A stretch of 64,000 nt of DNA, from contig OX597822.1 in NCBI GenBank assembly GCA_951406725.2, positions 31,496,001-31,560,000 on the forward strand. Reading direction: 5' to 3'. Every line of letters starts with the position of its first letter. Position 1 is the stretch's first letter. The DNA comes from Octopus vulgaris (taxonomy: Eukaryota). Under the pieces are notes generated by a model. The model was given only the letters and a program-made list of their open reading frames with translations. It did not search any database and was not told the origin of the DNA. The translations under genes were made by a program, and so were the position numbers. This document shows positions 13,479 through 27,581 of this stretch, in pieces.

Positions 13479-13534
13479 TTACGAAATGTTACTCTTCTTG
13501 TCTCCCCATATTGCTTTATCTGGTGCATCAAACT
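13479..13534 (-). pseudogene. CFAP57: CFAP57-like exon remnant
   Basis: KAIWGDKKSNIS vs SIVWNADDSKLIS; short, supported mainly by its position in the series. Confidence 0.4.
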
Positions 13535-13807
13535 CTATTCATACGCACGGACACACAAACGTATATATACATACATGCATACATACATACATATATGTAT
13601 ATATATATACGTATATATATGTGTGTGTGTGTGTACACATAGAGACATATATGTGTATATATGTATCTACTTATGTGTATCTATATATATAAATAAATAA
13701 ATAAAGAATTCTATATATGAGTGTGTGTATAAAGATGTATGTATATTTGTATAGTTATGCATACATATAGATGTATAGATTCCTGCATCTATCTATATAT
13801 CTTTCTA

Positions 13808-13882
<75 letters not shown>

Positions 13883-13933
13883 TTGTGTGTGGGTGTGTGT
13901 ATACATACATACACACGCACACATAATGGTTAC

Positions 13934-14060
13934 CGCTGTTCAATTCAGTCATCAGTACAGCTGCTGCCACTTATCAGAAGAATACAATGTTTGTGTTAAT
14001 TGCGATAAGCGTTCCTGTCGAGACGAATGTCATTTACATTTCGTTCATAATGAATAATAT
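13934..14060 (-). pseudogene. CFAP57: CFAP57-like exon remnant
   Basis: FVSTGTLIAINTNIVFF vs FSNGGHLFAAVNGNVIHV; donor gtaacc. Confidence 0.65.
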
Positions 14061-14293
14061 TAGTTATTGTTTTTGTTGTTGCCTAACTCCGTGACTTTTG
14101 ATTTAGAATTGTTTTGCAGACGTTCAGTCTAATTCTATTGTGTTTTATTCTATGGTGTTTTTCTCATCGTCGTACTTATTATTTTTGACTTTCATGACCG
14201 TATTGCTCTTATTCATATTGTTAACATTGTAGAAATATTGTTTGTTTGTTGTGGGTTTTTTTGTTTTTTTTTTGTTTTTTTTTTGTTTTTTAC

Positions 14294-14342
14294 ATTATAT
14301 CATATTTTAGTTCTCCGATACAGATAATTAGAAATGAACCGG
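14294..14342 (-). pseudogene. CFAP57: CFAP57-like exon remnant
   Basis: Follows a 70-bp GT-AG intron (14343-14412) in matching phase 1; GSFLIICIGELKYDIM vs GHFIVVGFADKLRLM. Confidence 0.7.
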
Positions 14343-14412
14343 CTGAAATAAAATATTTGTACAAGTAGTTAAAACTAGTAGGTGTAAATGTTATAGAACA
14401 ATATTAATTTAC

Positions 14413-14483
14413 CTCGGTGTAGTCAAATTCTATATTATAATAGTGCATATAGTTTTATATTTACTAATATTTTGTTACTATTT
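14413..14483 (-). pseudogene. CFAP57: CFAP57-like exon remnant (71 nt, two in-frame stops)
   Basis: tttcag|...|gtaaat; KILVNIKLYALL*YRI*LHR vs [20 protein letters not shown], ungapped. Confidence 0.75.
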
Positions 14484-14493
14484 CTGAAATGCA

Positions 14494-14665
14494 TTAATTC
14501 ATGATATTGGTGCTATATATCCACATGAGAATATACATGTATAAATAAATATATATGTGCGTATATATATATATATATATATACATACAATGAACATCAG
14601 TTGAAATAAGAACAGTAATAAACGAGTATAAAATGAATATAATTTGGTAAAATTGATGACCATAT
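14494..14665 (-). pseudogene. CFAP57: CFAP57-like exon remnant with internal (TA)n
   Basis: FITVLISTD..[(TA)n]..ILMWIYSTNIM vs [21 protein letters not shown]. Confidence 0.65.
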
Positions 14666-14799
14666 CTAAATATAACAGCACACGCAGGCGCGCACACACA
14701 TACATATTCTCAAATGTTTTGAGACTTATACAGCTGTCGTAGTTTCCAAGATTTTTGTATATTTAATATATCATTACTATGCATCTAATACGCTGTGAT

Positions 14800-15390
14800 G
14801 CAAAGTTTTGTTATTCCAGATTCGGGGGAATCGCTTTAACAGCACGTCGAACACATCCTCTCAAATACAGAATCTGATATAAAATGACCCAAATTGCTTA
14901 TGAAATAGAAATGTATGAGCCGACTATTTGTTTTTCGATAGCAAATGTGTCTAGACAAAGCAACTCCACCGGGAATCTCGTGATTATCTGCTTTTTTGAC
15001 AGAAAGATCGTCATTTATGTCCACTGGGTTCACTGTGGTCAAAAGTTCCACAAAACGTATCTTGTAAAGATGTTGATGGAGTTCAAAAAGAGGTTTCATC
15101 ATCACGGCCAGAACAACTGCATTAGGATTGTACACACCTTCACAGCGTCACCCTGGCAACCAAATAATTGATAGAAATGCGCATCATATATGTCTGTTAC
15201 CTGTCTAGAGTCTCTACGCTGAACGAGAGCCTCGGGAGCATTCGTTTTGAAGACAATGAGAAAATGAAGATAACTGCGATAAGATTCCTGGGCCTTCAGA
15301 ACATGGAAATGACTGCGACAAGGGTTCTGGATACAGAAAATGAATATGCCTGCGACAGGAGCTCTCACTTCAAGGGAACACTCACGAATA
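14800..15390 (+). mobile_element. Decayed mariner transposase fragment
   Basis: RQSNSTGNLVIICFFDRKIVIYVHWVHCGQKFHKTY resembles mariner SAGKVM..FFD..G.....VP.GQTVN..YY. Confidence 0.7.
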
Positions 15391-15798
15391 GGTTGAATCG
15401 TAACAACAATTGCACTGAAATCAGAGACCTTGCGCTAAAATTTGAACTCAATATTGATTTAGCTATACAATGATACAATTAACGAACAATATACAATGCA
15501 CAAACGTATAACGATTGAATTGAATCAGAGTAGTATGTATGGACATGAGCCACTCACTAAGAAACAATTAAAACTCTCCGTATCCCGAATGCGGGGTAGG
15601 TCAGTTAGTATGGAGAGGTTGATAAATGTGATACTAGGGACTTCGAAATGAAAACTATAGTCGAAAAATTGATTGAATTTGAAAAGATTTAGTTAAAACG
15701 CATATTTAGAAGCTGTCGTTCCACTCGCCCCCAGCTATCTTTCTTTCTCCATTCTATCTCTCTGTAAATGTAATTACATTCATATAAATATATACACA

Positions 15799-15926
<128 letters not shown>

Positions 15927-16537
15927 CGCATACACACGTATCTATATATAAGTACATGCATACATATATATATGAGTATGTGTATCTGTGTATTATGATG
16001 AGGTGTTAAACAGTTATACAAATTTGAAGAGTCTAATAGCAACAAAGATAAACGAACGTCTAGGAGAACAGAGAGAGAGGGGGCGAGACAGAGAAAGACA
16101 GAGAGAAAAAGGAAGTGAGATAAAAAACAAACTAAAAGACGGAATACGAAAAAATGATTTACAAAGAGAAAATGTGTCTGAGAATATAGGAGTGCTTGTC
16201 AGAGTTGCTAGTGCCCGTGTACGTGGGTGTATGTGTGCATGTGTATCTGTGTATATGTATGCGTGTGTGTGTGTATGTGTATGTGAAAATGTGTAGATTT
16301 GGAATCAGTTTGCGAAGCGATATAAATCCGCACAAAGTTAATTGTGCATTTTGTGCAAGCGAGTTATGCATAGATAATTGTATTGATTGTAATATGTCTA
16401 GGGTGTGTAAATGGCACTGATAGGAATAGAATTTTTTTCTTTGTCGGAACGGGTATAGCTCTATATCGCGTATACATACAATGCTAACATACATATATGT
16501 ATTTCTGTGCATGGGATATATATATATATATATATGC

Positions 16538-16576
<39 letters not shown>

Positions 16577-16636
16577 TATATATATATAAATATGTACATA
16601 TATATATATAAATATGTATGTATGTACATATATATG

Positions 16637-16700
<64 letters not shown>

Positions 16701-17465
16701 ATGCATATATTCATATACATAAACGTATATGTATATTTTCATATAATATATGCACACACGCGAATGCACTTATATACTAATATGGGTACGCTTTTAAAAA
16801 TATTACGCCTGCATGTACTTTTCTGCGATTTATCTTGCATTTATATACTAGTGATATGTTTTCACTCTTTTTTCCTCTTCTCCTCACTTATTTGGTCTTT
16901 CTCGCCAGTTTTGCGTTTGTTTGTGTGTCTGTTTCTTTGCCGGTTGTATTATGTATGTATGTATGTATGCATGTATATATGTGTGTGTGTGTACTTTTCA
17001 TGTCTTGTATATGGATGTAACAGCTTCTGTGGGTTTACTTCCTTCTCTCCCTCTCTCTTACATCTCTTCTAATTATCTAGTCGCGGTTAGACTTCATTCC
17101 CGTTTTTGTAGTAACGTTACGGTTAATAGGTTAATTGTCCAATATGGTCTACCAACGAAATTGCGCAGCTATTTCATAAAATGCGTAGAATGCAGACAAC
17201 GATTATACATAGATACATGAATATGCATATATATATATACTCACATGCACACGCACGGGTACACACACTCTCATACACATAAATATCAGTCTATTTATCT
17301 TTTTCTTTTTCTATGCATGTATCTACCTATCTCTGTTTCGCTTTGCACATATGCATATATACACGCACATATATAGTATATATATATATATATGGTGTAT
17401 ATATATACATATATATGAGTCCATGTACATCTGTTTCTGTCTAGCTATCTATCGATACGTATACG

Positions 17466-17516
<51 letters not shown>

Positions 17517-17652
17517 AGATATGCATGTGTATATAAATATATATATATATATATATATGAGCACATGTACAGCTGTGTCTGTCTAGCTATTTATCGATAG
17601 GGGTATGTATGTGTGATTGCGTGTGAGTATATGTGTGTGCGTATTGAAATAT

Positions 17653-17706
<54 letters not shown>

Positions 17707-18367
17707 AAATAGATAGATACATTTATGCATTCACTCATACATAGAGCTAAATTCGTATGTGTATCTGTGTGCATGAGTGTGAAAACTTCTTTTAGTTATA
17801 GAATTTTATACCATTAAACAAAAAAAATGCAGTTAATATTATCGAAAGTATTTGCCAGACACAAAGGGTTTAATTAGTTCTTTATTTAGCCATAATTTTG
17901 TTATTTCTGCTGAACTCTCACAAACGTTGAAAGAACGTGAAATCCGATTATCGCCATTATCAATCGAGATACCATTTGTTTGATTCATTTCTTTGTTCAT
18001 TACCTCTATACACTACGTTCAGCCATTACTAACTAACGGCGTAGCTTCTGCTCTATTACTCATACTGCAAGGAAACTGAAACTCATAATGCTTCCGTGAG
18101 AGGAAAAAAAAGAAGAAGAAAGGAAACAGAATGCAGGCGGTATTTATCTAATGTAAACCACGTCTGAAAAATAACATTAGAATTGGGGTATTACGCTATT
18201 CTCTAGGTTTGATCATATGATCAGATGTAGGCTAAATAAAGGCTGGGCAGCTATCATAAGACTGCGTGGCAAATGGTGATATACACACAATTTATGAGCA
18301 AAACTATTATGCTTTCTATTAAAGACAGAAGACCTGAAATCCTGGGGAGGGGGATAATCAATTATAT

Positions 18368-18602
18368 ATTTCTTATATATTAGCCCAGAAGGGGCTAAAC
18401 ATAGAGGGGACAAACAAAGACATGCAAATGGATTAAGACGATTACATTGACCCCAGTGCGTAACTGGTACTTTATTTATCGACCCCGCATGAATAAATGG
18501 CAAAATCGACCTCGGCGGAAAGTGAACTCAGACCGTAGCGAGGGGCGAATTACCACTAAGCATTCCGTCCAGCGTGCTAACGTTTCTGCCAGCTCGCCGC
18601 CT
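18368..18602 (-). mobile_element. SINE family A
   Basis: Near full-length match to the other family-A copies. Confidence 0.9.
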
Positions 18603-18997
18603 TGACCAGCAGAAATATTATGAACATATTACACACACAAACATATATATTGAAGCGAATGAGAAAACGAAAGAAGCATTTGCATTTCGTTGCAGTTGCA
18701 TTATTTTAATAGCAATATTACTCAAGTCCACATGACTTTAAAAATTTGCCAGTGCACAGGACTTGCCCATTTCATCAGATACTTCATGTGATCAAATGGT
18801 TATTCATCTACAGAAAGGAGCCTCTATCATGCGCCCATATAACGTTTCGAAATATTGTCATATGAAACTGAGTCAGATAGAAGCGCGTGCACACAGTTCT
18901 GTGTGATTGTGTGTGTGTATGTGTGTGTGTGTGTGTGTGTACACAGACACACACACACGCAGACACACACACACACACACACACATACATACATAAA

Positions 18998-19400
18998 GGA
19001 GCAGATGTAGCTGTGTGGCATGAAGTCAGTTTCCCGACCCCTTAACCACTCAGTAGCGTGTTCAGTCCCACTGCATGGCATTTTGGCCAGTTGTCTTCTC
19101 TAATACTACCACAAGTCGACCAAAGGTTTTGTAAGTGGATTTGATAGATGGAAACTGAAAGAAGCTTGTCGCATATGGTGTATATACCTATATCTACGCG
19201 TGTGTTTGCTTTTGTGTTTTGTTTGTCTACCGCTAATGCTTATCCACTGGTGTTGGTTTGCTTATGTACCCATACCTTTGAGTAAAATATAGTGTCTGAC
19301 TTTAAATAAATAAGTACTGGGGCCGATCTGCTTGACTAAAACTCTTCATCGTGGTGCCTCATCATGACTGCAGTGGAATGAGTGAAAGAAGTAAAATATG
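18998..19400 (+). mobile_element. SINE family B (tRNA head + CORE-like region), degenerate
   Basis: gtagctgtgtgg..gttcagtcccactgcatggca..ggaaactgaaagaagc..tail. Confidence 0.75.
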
Positions 19401-19625
19401 CTCTGTGTGTGTGTGTATGTGCGTTTGCATGTATGCTTAAGGATGTAACGTAAGCGTTGCGAACTTTTGCATTGTAAAAAAAATGTCCCTTAACTCAATC
19501 TGTAATTGACTCTCATGGCAATGATTTTAAGATATTTTAAAATGGATAGGTAATGGTTATTTGATCATATATTAAAAGGAATCTGGCTAGAGGTCTTGTA
19601 TTCAAACACTAGCGGCAGCAACATT

Positions 19626-19656
<31 letters not shown>

Positions 19657-21113
19657 ACAGCAGAAACAATGGCAGTAAGATCAACATCAACAACGCTCGA
19701 AAGATTAGATTTATAGTGAGAATATTCGTACCAGGGTTCTTGTAGGCAGACGGTCGTTGTGCAACACGTCAATCATTTCATATGAATTAGAACACTTCAT
19801 GACAAATCGTTAAGGCAATAAATGCAGTGAAGACGCCTTTAAGTCTCTGAACATTTGTTCGACCAGCTAGAAATAGCAACCAAAATTTCTTTAAGTTATA
19901 TCCCACTAGTGTGAAATTCTTTGAATACCTTAGGTAGTGTAATCTTTAACATATATTATCAGATGAATACTCTTCGGTAAAAAGTCTACTTACTCAGGGT
20001 TAAACCGTAATAAGCTTACCGTATCATTGTGCTTTTCTGAGAGACATTAATGACATTGATTCTGCAGACATGAATATTCCTTATACTACCTGGTCAGTAA
20101 CGCTTTCCTTCTGCTGGTCAACTGTTCCGATAAGTTTAGGGGTTTTGATTCAAAGTATAAGGCTGGCTGGTTGAATCACGCTTCAGTAAAAACAGAGTTG
20201 TTCATCTGCTACGATGATAATCATTCACATTTTTGTAGAAATGTGACAACCAGCTTCTTTTGGACAGAGTGCAAAGAGCTTAACGTAGGTAAAATGCGAA
20301 GTGATTTCGTAAACATAACCTCCACTTGTAATAATATAAAATGTCATATAAATCTGATGTAAATGAGCAGATGCCTCGTTTTTTGTTTTGTTTTTGAATT
20401 TTCAGATGTCAACGGAGTAGGTCAGCTGGAAAGTACTAATGTGATTAACATTTACATATTGTGTGTCGAGTGCAAATAATGTGCTGTAAGGCTTGTTGCG
20501 TCGTTATCTACAATGTGGAGTTCTAGAAAATAGATATTGACCTTCTAACAGCTGAATCGTTCAATTTCGTTAGATAGGCGACAATCCACAGTCAGCGAGC
20601 AGATAGGTAACAAGAAGGGAAAGAGAAAGAAAAGAGAGAAAGAGAGAGACAAAGAGAGAGAAACAACGAGGGAGAGATAGAGGGAGAGGAAGACAGAGAG
20701 AGTCAGAGAGAGAGAGATCGTAAGTAAACGCTTCTTTGTGTTTAGCTTTTTGCCGTATTTTATTTACGTGGGGCGTGATGGATTTGAAATGTAAGTTTGT
20801 GAGAAGAAAAGTCGAATAGGTGAAGACATATCCATTGCTAATTATAGAATATATTATATAATGGTTTTTAGGACAACGATTTAAGTAAGAAAAAATAATA
20901 AAAATACCTTTTCTTGACTATTTTCTCTACATCTTACATATAATCAAGTCACATTAATTTCTTTTTATTACTATATGGTATAATCATTAATATATTCTCT
21001 CAAACAAATAGCAAGCAAATGGGTTCGTGGCAAAGCATTGTTTGCAATGTATTGGACAATGTGATTCGTGTGCTGATTTCTGGGTAGATTCGCCGTTATA
21101 TTCAAAAGTTAAA

Positions 21114-21345
21114 GGGCGGCGAGCTGGCAGAAACGTTATCCCGCCGGGCGAAATGCTTAGCGGTATTTCGTCTGTCGTTAAGTTCTGAGTTCAAATTCCG
21201 CCAAGGTCGACTTTGCCTTTCATCCTTTCGGGGTCGATATATTAAGTACCAGTTTCGCACTGCTGTCGATGTATTCGACTTAATCCGTTTGTCTGTCCTT
21301 GTTTGTCCCCTCTATGTTTAGCCCCTTGTGGGTAGTAAGTAAATA
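21114..21345 (+). mobile_element. SINE family A
   Basis: Full-length copy. Confidence 0.9.
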
Positions 21346-21769
21346 TATATTCAAAGGTTATAGTTGCAATTAAACTGCGGAACTTTCACGTCAGAAACAC
21401 AGTAGACTTTATCAACAAAATGTATTCCACTTCACAATAGATGCGAACATTTCTGAAATGAATTTTTTACTCCTTTATTATGATTTGTATTAAAGTGATA
21501 TTACTGTTATTCTTTCTGATGTTTTTCTCAGGTCAACCATGAACGTGGCGCCTTAGAATCCAACACGTTGCAGTGAAAATTCTATCTGTTGATTTCTGTC
21601 TAAGACTACATTATATAATGTCTCATTGTCATTACCTTCTGCTGTGAGTCTGCGTAGAAGTTAGGTTTGAGGGAAAAACCCATTACAAGTTCCGGAAATT
21701 TGAGCGATAGCGAAGAAGTTACATCACTCGTATGCGAGGAAATGTTGTATGGAGCATGTATATAACTAC

Positions 21770-22190
21770 CAACTTAGGTTCTAAATATCTGCGCAAAGGC
21801 AGCAGTTTTAAGTATGGGATGAATCGATTAAATAGCCCTCAGTGTACAGCTGGTACTTAATTTATGGATCCCGAAAGATGAGAAACAAAGGGAACCTAGG
21901 CAGGATGTAAAGATGGATGGAATGCTGCAAAACTTGCTGCCTTACGAACAATTACTAATATTCCTTTCTGGCTGAGGATGCTACTCATATACATGGACCC
22001 TACTGCTCAACGCGTACTTATTTTATCGATCCCGGAAGCATGAAAGAAGAATCCCACCCCGTAGACATATGAAATCCAAACCTAAAGCTGAATGAAAAGC
22101 AGTTAAGGATCTTGCCGGCGTGATTAGGACTCAGTCAGCGCGACGTATGAAAGTCACAAGTAGTTTTCCTACTGTAGGCGCAAGATATGA
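21770..22190 (-). mobile_element. Two degenerate family-A-related SINEs
   Basis: gtacttattttatcgatcccggaagcatgaaag-like cores twice. Confidence 0.55.
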
Positions 22191-22276
22191 AACATCTAGA
22201 ATCTGTATAAAGCTACAACCGTGCAAGAGACTAATATAAATGTTTGAAATTTATTTAGTGTAATACTGTTAATGGT

Positions 22277-22475
22277 GGAGGCGCGTGGCTTAGTGATCGT
22301 AAGATTGTGTTTTCGATTCGTGTACCGGGCGACACGTTGTGTTCTTGAGCAAAACACTTTATTTCACGTTGCTCCAGTCCACTCAGCTGGCAAAAATTAG
22401 TAACGCTGCGATGGACTGACGTCCCGTCCAACTGGGGAACATATACACCATTGAAGCCGGGAAACCGAGCCCATT
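22277..22475 (+). mobile_element. SINE family C (tRNA head + CORE-like gttgtgttcttgagcaaaacactt)
   Basis: Shared with copies at 35372-35510 (-), 53835-54050 (+), 57133-57505 (+). Confidence 0.8.
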
Positions 22476-22799
22476 AGATAATAACATTAGATAATGTTAT
22501 TTACATAGTTTATAAATAATTATAAAGTATGTAGTGCACATAGTCAAATTAGAGTTATGAGGTGAAACTAAAGCACGTATGCAGAGCAAATGGCTAAAGT
22601 CAGTTGGGTGAGAAGATGGGGCATTTCCAGAGAAGCGCTCAATCTGAATAGTGTCCTATCAACACTGTTGGGATCCAAAGCCGGAGCATTTCTGATGTTG
22701 ATAATCAAAGAATAAAATTAAATGTGTGTATGTGGGATGTGTGTGTAGGAAAGATATTATGTGGTTGGGTGGAAATCAAGTGGGTGGATATGCATAATG

Positions 22800-23220
22800 A
22801 TACGTATAATAATAGCCAGCAATGTTGGCTGGAGAATTGCCATGGGATGAACCATCAAGTGAATGTTGTGAATACACAGACTGGAACAAGCGCTATACTT
22901 TATGTTCTCCGCGGAACAAAATTGAAAATATGGCTTTGTCTCTATTAAGGAAAAGCATAATAGAAAACAGCGAAAAACGTGATAGAATTCCACAGATAAA
23001 AAAAGAACCAATGGTTTTCAAAGAACTTGAGAAAATCTATACCAATACAGTTAGAGACCTTTTCTAATGAACCTGGAACATTTGAACGTAGACATTGAGG
23101 CCTAGACCAGTCTTCGCCTTCCGCTGTTGGAATATTTGATCATCAGTTCTCCTTGCCCGCGCCCGACGATATTTTCCGTGCAACAGAGAACCCATCATCT
23201 GCTGTTGATTCTATAAAAGT
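22800..23220 (+). pseudogene. CHEK1: CHK1 (checkpoint kinase 1) processed-pseudogene fragment: kinase C-lobe and linker
   Basis: [62 protein letters not shown] matches CHK1 [23 protein letters not shown]...[30 protein letters not shown]; no introns, 5' truncated, frameshifted. Confidence 0.85.
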
Positions 23221-23303
23221 ACTTACAAGTAGATCTAAAATCAAGCTGTAAAATTATATTATTAGAACGACCAGTAAAGTCATTCTTTAGCTTTTTCAAA
23301 TAT

Positions 23304-23370
<67 letters not shown>

Positions 23371-23372
<2 letters not shown>

Positions 23373-23826
23373 TCATCATCATCACCTTCATCGATTAGTG
23401 TCCGTTTTCCATGATGGCATGGGTTGGACGGCTCGACTGGGGTGTGATCTGGCAGTGTTTCTACAGTTGGATGCCCTTCCTAACTCCAACCACTCCGACG
23501 GTTTAGTGGGTCCTTTTTACGTGCTACCGACAAGGGGCTAACAACTACAATTTCCATTTGATATGATTTTGGTAGTGTTGATGTTGATGTACTTGACTCA
23601 ATAGGTCTCCTCAAGCACGGCATGTCGCCCTAAGATTCAAGGGGGTTGTTTATGCGACACTGGTGTAGGTTATAGCTGTGGACTGACTTTATTTACCGGG
23701 TCTTCTCAGTCATAGCATACCTCCAGTGGTCTCGGTCTTTTGTCATTGCCTCTGTGAGGCCCAACGTTCGAAGGTCATGCTTCACCACCTCATCCCATGT
23801 CTTGCAGGGCCTCCCTCTACACCGGA
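23371..23826 (-). mobile_element. RTE LINE 3' end
   Basis: GRGRPCKTWDEVVKHDLRTLGLTEAMTKDRDHWR; (GAT)n tail. Confidence 0.8.
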
Positions 23827-25144
23827 CATACATAGCCATTTACATGATACACGAATTATAATAAGGAATTTAAAGAATTTCTGTAGATAAATAGACCCTT
23901 TTAATTTTTGTTATATATAAGTACCGGAGATATCAACGAAACCAAAGAAAACATTCACGCGTTTGACAAATTTATATTGTTTTTAATCGAGCCCTCTCTA
24001 GTTGGACACACATATTAAAGGCGCCTTGAAGTTGAATCTCTGTGGAGTATTCTTTCGTAGTGTATAGTACATCTACAATTATGTTAATTAAAAAAAATTC
24101 GTGTTTTTTTAAGAACTTAGATGTAGTTTACTGTTTTATTCTTTGGTAGATTATAGATGCATTCTGATGATGAATATCTTTCTATTTCTAGCATGTCAGA
24201 CAATCGCCTACAAGTTTGTCTCATCGGTTTGTTTATTAACGATTTTCCATCACAGATGAACACACAGCGAATATTTTACGGTTGATTGAAATATAGTTCA
24301 AGAATCACATTCGTGTAAGCCCCCAAAAGACAACAAATATCACATCACACCACATCCGCAGTAAAATTTAAGATTACATGCAATGATCCAAGTTTTAGTG
24401 ATACAAATCCTTGTAACGTCTTTAAAATTGATCGTGGTTGAGTTTCTTGAACAATAAAACTTTTTGACTTGGTAAACAAATTAGCGTTATAATCCATCAT
24501 TTTACAGACAACGACAAAAGACTGGTAGTAAATTACATCACTATAATACTTTAGAGAATTGCCAAAGAACAGCGTCCAATATTTTAGTTCAGAAAATGTA
24601 TGATATCTTAACAGATGATTTGTTGAATATTTTTGTCCTATCAAATAATGCTAAGAAAAAAAAAATCGATGAATTACTTTTATATATTACTTAGATAGTG
24701 TAACGGCAGTCTCGGCCTAGATCTCATTTAGATATCACATGCCAATAGGGACTGACTTGAGAATACTTCAATTGGCTAATGCTCCACTACTTCGGTTGGC
24801 AAGATTGTATACTGTCTAAGACATTTGGCCTTAGTTCTTCTGTTGTGGGGAAAAAGAAGCGTATGAAAATTCATGAATATTGTCATTCAAAACTTTGAGA
24901 ATAACTTTGTGGATCGAAAACTGATAAATAACTTAGGAAATAAAGAAAGAAAAAATTACGCAAAATCATACACGTCGTCCATCACGTTTGTATAAAACTT
25001 AGAAGATCAATTGTATACCGCATTAGAGTACCACTTTGTATTCGAAAATATTTACTTATCTCTGTCACACTATCCCTATATATATATATATATATATCAT
25101 TACTATTATATATTATTATCATATTATATGTATGTATATATATA

Positions 25145-25367
25145 TTTCGTTATTGCCCACATGGGGCTAAACACAGAGGGGACAAACAAAGAGATTTGGT
25201 CGATTACATCGACCCCAGTGCGTAACAGGCATTTATTTAATCGACCCCGAAAGGATGAAAAGCAAAGTCGACCTCGGCGGAATTTGGGATCAGGAGGTAA
25301 CGGCAGACGAAATAACCCTAAGTATTTCGCCTGGCGTGCTAACGATCCTGCCAACAACTCGCCGCCT
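25145..25367 (-). mobile_element. SINE family A
   Basis: Near full-length copy. Confidence 0.9.
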
Positions 25368-25395
25368 CATATTTTATATATATAATGTATGTATG

Positions 25396-25437
<42 letters not shown>

Positions 25438-25439
25438 CA

Positions 25440-25522
<83 letters not shown>

Positions 25523-27215
25523 AGAAAGAGAGAGTGAGAGAGGCGATATATATACACGTATGCATGTAACACGTATCCAAATATAGGAGTGTATACAAAA
25601 TCTATGCAAATGAATAAGAAAGAGATCACCAAGGCGCTTGCCAACATTGAGAACGAAGGCAGCATATACGAACAAGCTCATGAATTATTCCACATATAAC
25701 AGCAGAAGAACAGACAATTAGGCAATTAGAATGTGATATACGTATGCCCTAACCAGTTTGTATATACAGAAAAACAAAGTTGAGCAGAAGGAAAACAAAA
25801 CGATCCATTCGTAGATAATATCATTCATACGAAATTAATCAAAATTTAGGCGTATTTTTGATATAGATGTATGGACAGGTCTTGAAAAAGTTTGGTTTCC
25901 CAATCAGTAATGGGATTCGTTACTGATGTTAAGAAATGTTAATAACTTCCTATTGAAATGTTATGCCTCATATTTCATAGTGTATTTTCGCTATGTTTGA
26001 AATTCTCATGAGTTGAGATTGTGATCTGTTTTCTTCTTTTTTAATCATATAGTAAGTAATAGTGAACCAGGTGGATCGCAATCAAGTATAAGCACTTTCT
26101 CCATTTCCTCTCCCTTCGCGAAAAGGACAAGAGGGATGCACCAGTACTCAGTATGTACCTATTACATATCTACGTGTGTAAATGTTATGCCAAACTAACA
26201 CTTAATTCTGAACTATATACATAATGAACTCTAACAGGAGGTTATTGTTATCGCTGCTGTTGCATTCCAAATATTAACTATTGATATTTTTAGCTTAAGA
26301 CAAATAAGTTAAAAGTAATTGTAAAAAATTGCTGTTCATATCCACATGAAACAGCGAGATGGGTGTTATGAAACAAAACAAAATAATAAATAAAATAAAA
26401 AATCATTTTAAAAATCCAAAGCATTATATCAAAGTAATTTATGTGATTATATTTGCCAAACTTATTCTTCCGATCGTTTAACAAAACGAGTTATTTGTGC
26501 GTTCTATAAAAGAGATTCAAATTCTGGTTTAACAAAGAATCATGTATGCATGAATGTTGCAAAGTTCAAACTAACTCAATAGACATCTAATGTTTATGTT
26601 TATCCCAGTATTGTCATCAAACGACAAGGAATTATTTATTAGAATAAAAGAATCAACAGTAACACATGACTATTATCAGATAAGCAATTAGCAATTGTAA
26701 TAATGTTAGATATCTACGATGATGGACGGAGCAGTTTCTTTAATTATCCTTCGAGGGAAAGTAATATTGCTTACTAATAATGCAATGACTCCAGAAAAAT
26801 ATTTTGAGTGAGATTAGGATCAATGAATCCACTCCCGTTTGTAACTGTTACATACTGTATCGACCAGGGCACATGTTAATATGTATTCAGTCGATTCTGG
26901 AACGATGTATCGCAAAGTATATGTCGAACGTAGAAAAAAAATATATATATATATATTTGTTATATTTTTACTTCTTCAAAAATATGTTTCCTCTCGAACT
27001 GCACTTTCTACGTCTTTTGATCGAATCCCCTGCCATTTAACCCAGAGTCTCCTAGCCTCAAAATATGTAATCAAAGTGTCATTGGCCCCAAGATTATCGT
27101 GCGGTTTACCAGGTATTTGGATAATTTCTACCTCCAAGATTTCGCTAGATATGGAGCATACGTAGCCTGGATTTTATCTGCTGCATTTCCTGATTTCGTA
27201 TGTATGTATGTATGT

Positions 27216-27460
27216 GTTATTATTGAGTTTATTTCAGGATTTCTTGCCAATAAAGAAGGAACCGGTTTCTAACCTAGACTCAAGACTCCTTCATTGGGAT
27301 TTCAGCATCAACAACAGGGTATTTCTCATTGTATGTATGTCGTTATTCAGTTAATTTCAAGATTTATTGCCAATAGAGAAAGAACCATTATCTGACCTAG
27401 ATCCAAGGCTCCTTCATTGGAATTTTAACATCAACTAGATGGTATTGTTTGTATGTATGT
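27216..27460 (+). repeat. Two diverged tandem copies of a ~120-bp unit
   Basis: gatttcttgccaataaagaagga..aacctaga..ctccttcattgg repeated, separated by (tatg)n. Confidence 0.8.
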
Positions 27461-27495
27461 GTGCATGTATATATGTATGCATGTTTGTATGTAAG

Positions 27496-27581
<86 letters not shown>

